Both the position numbers and the translations under genes were made by a program. A stretch of DNA of 63,441 nt, filler included, from Octopus bimaculoides (lineage: Eukaryota), in the NCBI RefSeq assembly GCF_001194135.2. It is 7 parts of 7 records of this genome, joined end to end, with 100 filler letters (N's around TTAATTAATTAA, not from the genome) between each part and the next. Parts side by side here need not be neighbours in the genome. Positions count along the whole stretch, not along the records: positions 47,885 to 59,079 come from NC_068987.1; positions 59,180 to 62,060 come from NC_068994.1; positions 62,161 to 63,441 come from NW_026424769.1; 4 more parts are not named here. One strand, 5' to 3'. Below the pieces are notes generated by a model. It saw only the letters and a program-made list of their open reading frames with translations. It had not been told where the DNA came from and ran no database searches. Each line of letters starts with the position of its first letter. Positions within the stretch are counted from its first letter, which is position 1. Below are positions 52,940 through 63,441 of the stretch, piece after piece.

Positions 52940-53302
52940 ATGGGTATAACTATGTGATTAAGAAACACGCTTTGCAACCACGTGGTTGCGAGTCCGGTCT
53001 CACTGTGCAGCACCTTGGACAAGTGTTTTCTACTAGGACCGACCGAGTGAATTTAGTAGATGGAAACTGTGTGGAATCCCGTTGTATATATGTGTGTGGT
53101 TGTCTCCTCCACCATCTGCCGCTTGACAACCGTGTTGGTTTGTTTATGCCCCTGTAATTTAGCGATTCGGCATAAGGAAACGATAGAATAAGTATGAGAC
53201 TTTTAAAAAAATAATAAATACGAGGAGCGATTTCTTCGACTTAACCCTTGAAAGGAGTTCCCTATTATGAACAGAGTCCTATGACTGAAACAAGTAAAAT
53301 AT
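52940..53302 (+). mobile_element. SINE family 1, degenerate
   Basis: GCAACCACGTGGTTGCGAGT...CACCTTGGACAAGTG...CGCTTGACAACC...TGACTGAAACAAGTAAAA. Confidence 0.8.
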
Positions 53303-53481
53303 GCATATAACGGTTATAATCATAGATCATTTTATGTGACAGTCCTATTTGCGAGAATGCATCTTTGCATACATTACTCATTATAGTTTCTATTCTTGTG
53401 GTTGTTAAAATGAAAACTCAAATGTGATATGTCCTTTTAAATGTGGTAGTAACTGCTGTTTACTCTATTTCATTGTTACAG

Positions 53482-53618
53482 GAAAACATTGGCTGTTATT
53501 TGATGGAGTAGAAGAGTCGACACATTTCCACAGACAAGAAGCCCTGGACATCTACAAAGAGCCAATTCTATCATTTGCCAAAATAAACCGGAACAGACGA
53601 TCCAAATTGAACCTTGAG
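53482..53618 (+). CDS. MAN2B1: Lysosomal alpha-mannosidase exon: (G)KHWLLFDGVEESTHFHRQEALDIYKEPILSFAKINRNRRSKLNLE
   Basis: TTTCATTGTTACAG acceptor, GAG|GTGAGT donor, phase 1/0 matching the previous exon; corresponds to the 'RG.H.LL......A..HR..A......P.L.F' segment of GH38. Confidence 0.9.
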
Positions 53619-54399
53619 GTGAGTCAATCCCTTCTGTATCAGAATATCGACTTGTTTGTTTACTCTGTACTTTTTCTTCTCCCGGATAGACCAATCATAT
53701 GTTTACGAGGAGTATATCGACATGTATTAATATGAGTAATAACAGATGACAAATACGATGTAACGGTAAGTAGACGAAAACTATCAGAAACAATGGACAT
53801 TTAAAATAGCCATCTATAAATCATACTTAAAATATAAACGCTATCAATAAGACAGTTACTGTAGTATTTTGTCCTGGACTTACTATGTTAAAAACACAAT
53901 AAATATCAGAGGAAACGAAATATCGCCCCACTAAAAGCATCTGGTGCTTTCGCTAGCCGCTGCTGGAACAAATTTTCATCTCTGATATATATTGTGTTTT
54001 TAACACAGCAAGTCCATAAGAGATATTTATTACCTCAGGACGAATACTGTAATAACTGGGTGATTGGCGGTGTGCATACACTGAGTATGATACATGCATG
54101 GCTGTCTTAATTAAATAATGATTCAATTGCGTGTACCGGAGTGGAGATTTATAACAATTGACTATGGATAAAATGTGACATTGTAAGCAAATTGCTTACT
54201 ATCACGTCACCAAAGTCAATTCTGATGTCAATAAACAGATGACAACTATAATTTGACATTAGTCATGTGTGTTATGATAGTAAACAAAGAGCAACAATGA
54301 TGTGACTGTAGTAAACTATGATATAGCAGTAAATAAATGACAACTGCGATGGAATAATATAGTCAACAGTAACAAGATGTAATATGAAACTTTTGACAC

Positions 54400-54760
54400 C
54401 AGAGATATCGTAGTAATATCTAAACAAGCGGCTGAAATGGGGCTCCGCCGAAGAATCTCCCGACAAAATATATAACTCGAAGACCAGGGAATCTCACCAG
54501 GACAAGCCGTTACTTCTCCACATTGTGAGGTCACAGCCTGGTACCATGTTCATATGATTAGAATGTTTCAGGGAAGAATCGGAAGATGGATTCTTCAAGC
54601 CAAGGCAGCCAGCGGGAGACTTATGGGTAGACCATGAATGAGATGGTTGGATAGTATTCATAGCCTCAAGTGATCACTATTGGGAATCCAGCCGCAAAGT
54701 ATAATGACAGTTACTTCTTATAGGATCTTATCGACGAGGTACTTGAGTACTCTATCCCCA
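54400..54760 (+). mobile_element. Degenerate LINE 3' fragment (RTE-like)
   Basis: W..HV.RM...R..RWILQA...G.R..GRP..RWLD. Confidence 0.5.
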
Positions 54761-54796
54761 CGATGGATGGATGGATGGATGGATGATATAGTGATT

Positions 54797-55035
54797 GTAG
54801 TAAGGGCGGCGAGCTGGCAGAAACGTTAGCACGCCGGGCGAAATGCTTAGCGGTATTTCGTCTGCCGTTACGTTCTGAGTTCAAATTCCGCCGAGGTCGA
54901 CTTTGCCTTTCATCCTTTCGGGGTCGATAAATTAAGTACCAGTTACGCACTGGAGTCGATGTAATCGACGTAACCCCTTTGTCTGTCCCTGATTGTCCCT
55001 TCTATGTTTAGCCCCTTGTGGGCAATAAAGAAATA
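54797..55035 (+). mobile_element. Young SINE family 2 copy with 20-bp TSD
   Basis: GGATGGATGATATAGTGATT at 54777-54796 and 55036-55055; AATAAAGAAATA end. Confidence 0.93.
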
Positions 55036-55284
55036 GGATGGATGATATAGTGATTAACTGTTGATGTAAAGAAAACAAACAATATTAGTAATAATTGCAT
55101 ACAAATTCATGTTTTGTATAGCTTAACATCCAATAATACATAAGGAAGTTCGAGTTGGTAAGGGAGTTTCTATGTGGCCACTCAACCTGTTAGAAGTAAT
55201 TACCAAATCTCACTCAAATCGCAAACTACCGTCTCAGAAATAAAAGGAACACATCGAATAATTTTGGAAAAGACATACTATTCT

Positions 55285-55740
55285 ACTCTTTTACTTGTTT
55301 CAGTCATTTGACTGTGGCCATGCTGGAGCACCGCCTTTAGTCGAGCAAATCGACCCCAGGACTTATTCTTTGTAAGCCTAGTACTTATTCTATCGGTTTC
55401 TTTTGCTGAATCGCTAAGTTACGGAGACGTAAACACACCAGCATCGGTTGTCAAGCGATGTTGGGGGGACATACACAGACACACAAACACATGCACACAC
55501 ATACATACATACATATATATNNNNNNNNNNNNNNNNNNNNNNNNNNNNATGTATATGTATATATATATATATATATATGCGGGCTTCTTTCAGTTTCCAT
55601 CTACCAAATCCACTCACAAGGCTTTGGTCAGCCCGAGGCTATAGTAGAAGATACTTGCCCAAGGTGTCACGCAGTGGGACTGAACCCGGAACCATGTGGT
55701 TGGTAAGCAAGCTACTTACTACACAGCCACTCCTACGCCT
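55285..55740 (-). mobile_element. SINE family 1, full length, nested in a family 5 element
   Basis: Complete reverse-complement copy; family 5 motifs at 55145-55280 and 55770-55850. Confidence 0.88.
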
Positions 55741-56349
55741 ATTTTCGAAAATAAAATAAAATAAAATGAAAATGCTAATGGCTTGAATACCTTTGATCAT
55801 AGGCCGTGGATGTGCTCAATCAGAGCTGGCTTTGATTAAACAACAACAGCAACAACAACAATAGCAGTAGCAACAGCAGTAACAGTAACAACTGCAGCAG
55901 CAATAGCAGCCACTCAGCAACACAGAACATACACTGCACAACCACCAACTGGTACAACGCATTACATGTACAACATGTACTAAACACACTCAGCACTAAA
56001 TAAAATTGTCACCACCGACGTTAACATTTACTGAACAACACAACAACGGCAGTAACAACAAATAATGAAGGCCAGCATACAAAGACAAATGTAAAAGAAA
56101 AAAGAAAAGACATTGCTGTACACAGCTCAGTAATGAAAGAGGTGCATCTGGTGGCGTAGCTGAAAGCTCGCATGAAGCTGTTGGAAACACATAATGACCA
56201 ACAACAAAAGGACGTCAACAATAATGTGAAGAAATAGAATTAAGAAATAAAATAAAATGAAATATAATAGAAAGTCCTATGTAAACGAGGGACGTTAATA
56301 GTATAGCAACAGCTGAGCTGGACAATAGACGGGCAGACTAAGTGTTGCT

Positions 56350-56690
56350 ATGGTAATTGGATGACCATTAAAAATAAAAAAAAAAAAGTAAAAAGCATTT
56401 TCCAATGGTCACTGGTGGAAATCGATATTGAATGGACAGATTGAAAAACAATGGCGGAAACGTTTAGTGGCGGTGTCGGTATAGTATTGAGGTCGTTGAT
56501 GATGATGATGATGAGGAGGAGGAGGAGGAGGAGGGGGGAGGATGAGGATGAGGATGGTGACAGTGAGGAGGAGGAGGAGGAGGACGTGGAGGGAGAAGTG
56601 GAAAAGCTGGAGGAAAAGGAATGTAGTTGCAACATTGTCGTCGTTTTTTTGTTGTTGTTGATAATGATGATGATGATGATGACAATGATG

Positions 56691-56740
<50 letters not shown>

Positions 56741-56850
56741 AGCGTTGATGATGACGACGATGAACAAGAATATGTGCAGCTAATAGTTGTGATGTTATTG
56801 TTAAGAATAATGGCGATTTGTTGTTGTTGTTGTTGATGCTGTCGTTGTTA
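56350..56850. repeat. Complex trinucleotide low-complexity region (GAT/GAG/GAC/GTT)
   Basis: Seen directly in the sequence. Confidence 0.9.
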
Positions 56851-57029
56851 TGGTGTTGTTCTTGTTTTCTTGAAAACATTAGAAAGGGCCTGATTATGGC
56901 AAACTGATACTCTGAGTAAAACATGATAATTTACCTTTAACTTTTCTAGTACTGGAAAACTGCATGCGGAAATAGAAAGGAATAATACGGTTTAGGAAAT
57001 AAACGAAGCAAAACAAAAAAAGATTTGCG

Positions 57030-57360
57030 TGATACCTTGGGCAAGTGTCTTCTACTATAGCTCCGGGACGACCAAAGTCTTGTGAGTGAATTTGGTTGAC
57101 AGAAACAGAAAGAAGCCCATCGTATATATATGTATATATCTATATGTGAGTGTGTGTCTTCGTGTCTGGGTTTGCCCCCCACCGCCGCTTGACAATCGGT
57201 GATGGTGTGTTTACGTCCCCGTATCTTAGCGGTTCGGCAAAAATGAGACCGATAAAATAAGTACCAGGCTTAAGAAGAAAGTAAGTACTGGGGTCGATTC
57301 ATTCGACTAAAAGGCGGTGCTCAGCATGGCCGTAGTCTAATGATTGAAAAAAGTTTAAAA
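57030..57360 (+). mobile_element. SINE family 1, 5' truncated
   Basis: Starts at ACCTTGGGCAAGTGTC; body and tail present. Confidence 0.85.
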
Positions 57361-57699
57361 AAATAAAAACTGAACAAAAACAAAACAAAAAACAGCAAGC
57401 TTACAAATTGTTTAAATAAACCATAAAAAATGCATTGCTGCTCATCGCATTTACGCATCTTTTAGTCAATGTGAATGTATAAATTATTACTAGTCGATAT
57501 AGAATTGATTGAAAAAGTAGCAAGACGAAGTGGAAAATAAATATGACGCGACATTAATCGTAACAACTACTGAACGTAAAATAATAGATTAACAATTTGA
57601 TTTTATGTCAGATCATCCTGTAGGTCAGATATACCGGCAATTATATGCCATCTAATCTTTGGAGTCTTTTTTTTTTTTACATTTAATTTATTTAATACT

Positions 57700-57829
57700 A
57701 AACTTGCTTCCCAACTACATGGTCCTGGGTTCAGTCCCACTGCATGGCACCTTAGGGAAGTGTCTTCTACTATAGACTCGAGCCGACCAAAGCCTTGTGA
57801 GTGGATTTAGAAACTGAAAGAAGCCTGTC

Positions 57830-57867
<38 letters not shown>

Positions 57868-58112
57868 GCTCGACGGATTTCTTTTGTGTGTGTGTTTGTG
57901 TCTTTCTTTGTCCTCCCCACCACCGCTTGACAACCGGTGCTGGTATGTTTACGTCCTAGTAACTTAGCGATTCAGCAAAAGAGAATGATAGAATAAGCAC
58001 CAGGCTTAAAAATTAAATCCTGGGATCGATTCATTGGACTAAAAAATTTCCCAAAGTGGTGCCGCAGCATGGCCGCAGTCTAATGGCTGAAACAAGTAGA
58101 AGATAAAAGATA
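57700..58112 (+). mobile_element. SINE family 1
   Basis: CTTGCTTCCCAACTACATGG...TGGCTGAAACAAGTAGAAGATAAAAG. Confidence 0.85.
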
Positions 58113-59299
58113 GATCTCTAACTACGGTAACAGGAAAAAAATGCAGGTTTATTACTTATATTCAGTAAAAATAAACAGAACTGTAATCCTTTACCTTTTG
58201 TGTCATAGTAAATCCAGTGATGAAAGAAAAACCCATAAACGCCTATGTATTTCCTTCCTTCGGCACCCTTACTACTTACCGTGCATTGCTTAATAGATAA
58301 GTCAGGGGGATTTGGTTTTTGTTTCTAGCAAATCTAGTGACGACATATAAATCTCCACCCCAACTCTTATTGGAGTGCTGTAATATAGAAATGCTGTCGA
58401 CCAGGGTCTGTGGTATAGACATAAACTTATTCTGTGACATCTTACATTCTGAACAGTTCCTGATATGGTCTCAGCAGAACCAAAAACATCTGTGCAATAT
58501 TGCTACATTTAACAACAGGTCTTTTCTCGGTCTTTACCTTGCAACACCAATGTGTTCCAAGATAATGGAGCAAGCGTTAATGTAACTTACGCCATTGCCG
58601 ACACGTTTTCTTGATCATTCAGTCTGCTAGATATGGCAGCGTCATATCACAACAGTCTGCAGTCTTAAATATATACGGAAACTCAAGATTTAACAAAAAA
58701 TATATACTGGGGTCGATTCATTCGACTAAAAGGCGGTGCCCCAGCATGGCCACAGTCTAATGACTAAAGCAAGTAAAAACAAAAAAGGTAAAAGATATGT
58801 AGAAAAAGGAACAAAGAAGAAAACAAGCTTACAAACTGTTTAGATAGACCATAAATAAAAAAAATGCATCATCGCATTTACGTATCTAAATAGTGTGGAA
58901 CGGAAATATATCCGGAAAGTGTGGGACGAAAAGTGCAGTAGTCTATTACGGCAGTTGAGGGGGCAGACGTTGCAATGACTAAAAACAGACAAGCAAAACA
59001 GCCGGTGGAAAAGCATAGAAAAATAAATGGTAAACAATCAAGAAGTGTGTACTATATATATATATAGTAATTATTCCATNNNNNNNNNNNNNNNNNNNNN
59101 NNNNNNNNNNNNNNNNNNNNNNNTTAATTAATTAANNNNNNNNNNNNNNNNNNNNNNNNNNNNNNNNNNNNNNNNNNNNATATATATATATATATATATA
59201 TATACAGATAAAGACTAAATATTCAAATGAATATCCACATAGATATTTTTATTGTTATTATTATCAGCAGTAAATTTAGATAATAGATAATAACAACAA

Positions 59300-60385
59300 C
59301 AAAAATATAGGTGGTAGCAAGGACATTCAGTAACTAGAGAAGTTGAGCCATACGTTGCTCCAGCATGGCAAGTATGTGTCCTGTTGCTCCATTAATAATA
59401 GGTATGAAGCTAAAAGCGTGTCTCGAGTCCACTCCTTATCAATGGTCCGTAGATGTCCTCTTTCTCTTGTATTCTTCTAATCATATTTGTGTCCAGAGAG
59501 CAGTCTCTTCCCACAACTGAACATAGCTTTTCTTTGTGGTCCCACACAACAATACCTGGCCGGTTTGTTTTAATCTGGTGACTGTTTCAACTTCTAAGTT
59601 CCACTAGTACTCTTTTGACCCATCGCACTCAACTTCATCTGTAAGTGTTTTGTTTATTGCTATCTTGTTCCAGACCGTTCTGACCACAGTATCATGCCCC
59701 ATAGGAAGGTAATATCTGGAGGATATTCTCTCGCAGCTGGCAATAATGTGATCGATGTCTTCAGTCTTGATCTTGCACAACCTTCATTTGTTGTTTGTTA
59801 ATGTTTTCTGTCTTATTAATTGTAGCTACTTGATGAGGATCTCTTGTAATTGGACTGCATGGATGTAGCCTTGACATGATCAATCCTTTCTATGGTTTGT
59901 GTTTTACGCGCCTAGTATCCATGTACTATATTCTCAGTGAACTGGCCCATTTTTTAAAATTTTGTTCTGATAAATAGATCTTACCAATGTTCCTTGGGGA
60001 GAGATATGTATCAGCTCTTATTTCATACTTCAGTTCAAGTTCATTAGCTATCCTAATTTATGTTGTTGATTTCATCTTCATAAACTTGGGCAAGATGGCC
60101 ACTGGTTTCTTTCTTCTGCTACAGATATTGTGTCAAAGTCACAATACGTGCTTCATATGACATCCATACAGATTTGAGACCACGGCCACCATCCTTGCGT
60201 GGAAAGTTTAGCCTCTCTACATCTCCATTGATGTTGAAGTTCCCCGTAACTCTGAGCATCTTGCGAGTTCGAACAGTTATCTCTCTGAGTTATTGTAGTG
60301 ACCAGTTCAGAAGGTGTGAGAACAGCCACTGCAAAGGTGTTGTGGGCGATATGTTTATGGTAAGCTAAGAGTTCTGATGACTATA
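59300..60385 (-). mobile_element. R4/Dong-like LINE 3' part with zinc finger and restriction-like endonuclease, degenerate
   Basis: Minus strand: RTRKML..TGNF.IN.DVERL..PRKDGGRGL; RLCKIKTEDIDHIIASC (CCHC); RPGIVVWDHKEK (PD-(D/E)xK-like). Ends approximate. Confidence 0.82.
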
Positions 60386-60417
60386 TTCTCTTTACTCTCC
60401 TAGGATGTTCCTTCCTG

Positions 60418-60495
<78 letters not shown>

Positions 60496-60498
<3 letters not shown>

Positions 60499-60623
60499 GT
60501 ACCGGGCATCACCAACGGTGCAAATGACATGAAATACGTAAACAACGAGAAAAAAGTGGAAAACAGGACAAGTAAACACGGAGAAAGGTCTCTTCATCAG
60601 TTGTCGGTTGTCTGTCTACTCCT
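60496..60623 (+). repeat. Copy of the 28306 dispersed repeat, cut by gap
   Basis: GGTAC.GG.C.TCACCAACGGT...CATGAAATAC.TAAAC...GAGAAAGG...CTTCATCAGTT.TCGG. Confidence 0.8.
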
Positions 60624-61254
60624 NNNNNNNNNNNNNNNNNNNNNNNNNNNNNNNNNNNNNNNNNNNNNNNNNNNNNNNNNNNNNNNNNNNNNNNNNNNNN
60701 NNNNNNNNNNNNNNNNNNNNNNNNNNNNNNNNNNNNNNNNNNNNNNNNNNNNNNNNNNNNNNNNNNNNNNNNNNNNNNNNNNNNNNNNNNNNNNNNNNNN
60801 NNNNNNNNNNNNNNNNNNNNNNNNNNNNNNNNNNNNNNNNNNNNNNNNNNNNNNNNNNNNNNNNNNNNNNNNNNNNNNNNNNNNNNNNNNNNNNNNNNNN
60901 NNNNNNNNNNNNNNNNNNNNNNNNNNNNNNNNNNNNNNNNNNNNNNNNNNNNNNNNNNNNNNNNNNNNNNNNNNNNNNNNNNNNNNNNNNNNNNNNNNNN
61001 NNNNNNNNNNNNNNNNNNNNNNNNNNNNNNNNNNNNNNNNNNNNNNNNNNNNNNNNNNNNNNNNNNNNNNNNNNNNNNNNNNNNNNNNNNNNNNNNNNNN
61101 NNNNNNNNNNNNNNNNNNNNNNNNNNNNNNNNNNNNNNNNNNNNNNNNNNNNNNNNNNNNNNNNNNNNNNNNNNNNNNNNNNNNNNNNNNNNNNNNNNNN
61201 NNNNNNNNNNNNNATATATATATATATATGTATGTATGTATTTGTTATATGAGT

Positions 61255-61460
61255 CTGCATTCGTCCCCCCACCACCATCGCTTGACAACCGTTGTTGGTG
61301 AGTTTACGTCCCCATCGCTTAGCAGTTCGGCAAAAAGAGAACGATAGAATAAGTACTAGGCTTACAAAGAATAAGTCTCAGGGTCGATTTGTTCGACTAA
61401 AGGTGGTGCTCCAGAATGGCTGCAGTCAAATGACTGAAACAAGTAAAAGAATAAAAGAAC
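61255..61460 (+). mobile_element. SINE family 1 3' half
   Basis: CATCGCTTGACAACC...TGACTGAAACAAGTAAAAGAATAAAAG. Confidence 0.85.
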
Positions 61461-61499
61461 AAAAGAATAACATCAATAAACAGATCTAATATCATAATT

Positions 61500-61578
<79 letters not shown>

Positions 61579-61679
61579 ATAGTAGTGGCAGCAGCGGTAG
61601 CTGGAAATTTGGAAATTAATTTCTCCTTACATTACACTTTATAATTTGCACACTCACCTCTTTTTCTCTCTCTGACTCA

Positions 61680-61997
61680 ATGAATCATATATACATCTTC
61701 CTCCTTATGTGTCCCACACCGTCCTCTATGTCATTTTGTTCTTTCGCCTCTATTTTCTTTCTCTCTTTCTATCTCTCTTTCTTTCTTTCTTTCTCTCTCT
61801 CTCTTTCTTTCTCTCTCTCTCTCCCTCTTTCGCTCTCTATCTCTATCTATCTTTCTTTTATACATCTCTTTCTCTCTATGTATTTCTTATTTTATGATTT
61901 TTACTTCTTTATCTCTCTTTCGATATCCTTCTCTTTCTCTGTTTCTTTGTATATGCTTCTATCTTTCAATGTGCTTCTTTCTTTGTTTATTTCTCTC

Positions 61998-62060
<63 letters not shown>
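61680..62060. repeat. CT-rich low complexity and (CT)n
   Basis: Seen directly in the sequence. Confidence 0.9.
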
Positions 62061-62178
62061 NNNNNNNNNNNNNNNNNNNNNNNNNNNNNNNNNNNNNNNN
62101 NNNNTTAATTAATTAANNNNNNNNNNNNNNNNNNNNNNNNNNNNNNNNNNNNNNNNNNNNCACACACATATATATATA

Positions 62179-62209
<31 letters not shown>

Positions 62210-62213
<4 letters not shown>

Positions 62214-62685
62214 CATAATTCGTTCCCAGAAAAAATATTTTACTCATAAAATTTCTAATACTCGATAATAAATGGTAATAAAACAACCATAGAATAAAGT
62301 AAAAAAAAATGTTAACATCGTTTATAATAAAATATTAATATTATCGTTCCCTGAATCACTTACCCTCGCACTAGACTCGCGTACACTATCACTTGTGTTG
62401 ACGCGATCACCGATTCACAAGCACTCGTAGACGGACTGCTAAATTTCTTTTTAAAAAGCAAGTCTAGAGTGATTTGCTTAGAAGAAGCACTTTTTAGGTC
62501 TCTATAAATTCCTCGGTAATACGCAGATGCATTTGTTATGATAGTTGCAACTTTTGCACTTCGTTCAAAATTTGGATCTTGTGCTTGAAAAATTTCAGCT
62601 CACCATACAAAAGTGTGCTCAAAATTAAAACTCGTAGACCCGGGGTCTCGTAGAGCGGGTACTCGTAAAGTGAGGTATTACTGTA
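62210..62685 (-). mobile_element. pogo/Tigger-like internally deleted element
   Basis: Minus-strand terminus TA|CAGTAATACCTCACTTTACGAG, then QDPNFERSAKV...YRDLKSASSKQITLDLLFKK, resembling a pogo transposase C-terminus. Confidence 0.6.
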
Positions 62686-63300
62686 AATATGCATACGTAT
62701 CAAAATCAACTGACTTGTGTATCATGAAATAAGTCAACGCCGAGATTTTCAGAAGCTCTTTGAAAGGAAAGATTCCGGGGCTGTCATAAAACCATACATT
62801 TTGTTTGACTTTTAAATAATTGCCGTCATTACTTGATCCTATGTAATCTGCGATTATCATTATATCAAGCCGATATGAATACTATCACAATTGAAGAGGT
62901 CTCAAAGAACAGATGATCCTTTTTCAGGCGTTGACTAATTCGAACTTTATAACATGATATGACTTTTAGTTTTAACACGGTACGATGTAGTTTCATGAAA
63001 ATGTGCATGAAATTTACTCAAAGGGTGAGCAACTAGACTGTCGCAAAACTATTGGAATCTTAAAATCAACTGCATAAATCTCTTTATTCGATTTAGCTCA
63101 TGAGAAATGTAATGCTTATTTCTTCTATGTCTTATTAGTCAACGAGAAAACAAGAGACCACCGTTTGGATAGTTTATATGGGACTACAATGGTTCTGATT
63201 TCCAGAAGTAGTTACTTGCATTTATGTATCTTAACTGAACCTAAAAAATATACAGCAAAGGGATAAAGAGTTATAGCATTTGTATATATAACTCTTATAC

Positions 63301-63331
<31 letters not shown>

Positions 63332-63441
63332 ACACTTATTTATGCATGAACTCATGCATGTTACAAAGTATTTGATAAAAAATAAGGCATAAGGCACTAT
63401 CACGCTATTAGATGTCAGAAGTGAAAGTAGTCGCTGTCTGT

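Noticed and set aside
60174-60368. Plus-strand ORF ending in a GTAAG donor as the next mannosidase exon
   Set aside because: The minus strand encodes clear LINE RT-thumb motifs; no GH38 similarity.
62678-62860. Minus ORF containing WFYDSPGI, resembling the YDTPG motif of NOA1/YqeH-type GTPases as I recall it
   Set aside because: Only 8 residues match, there is no good splice acceptor or donor, and it abuts a transposon end. A BLASTX hit extending beyond the motif would reverse this.

Overview
Repeat-saturated, AT-rich eukaryotic scaffold, most likely a coleoid cephalopod (Octopus-like; inferred from the repeat families, not proven). It has many N gaps and six artificial 44N-TTAATTAATTAA-44N joins. 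The only host gene I can support is three phase-compatible internal exons (48567-48653, 50505-50595, 53482-53618, + strand) of a GH38 lysosomal alpha-mannosidase (MAN2B1-like). They are invisible as a unit in the ORF track, and the flanking exons are not visible in this window. The rest is transposon-derived or low complexity: at least four tRNA-derived SINE families, RTE, CR1-like and restriction-like-endonuclease (R4/Dong-like) LINE fragments, several Penelope-like elements, a full-length degenerate mariner, Tc1 and pogo fragments, MITE/foldback palindromes and microsatellites. The most unusual structures are four. (1) A microhomology-joined mosaic at 12573-13031 built from inverted copies of two separate upstream loci. 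(2) A 1.16-kb foldback element carrying a telomere-like TTAGGG array. (3) A gag-only retroelement with an apparently inverted 5' part. (4) Near-identical inverted SINE pairs bracketing a mannosidase exon. I found no evidence of a novel multi-gene system, CRISPR array, rRNA or true tRNA gene.
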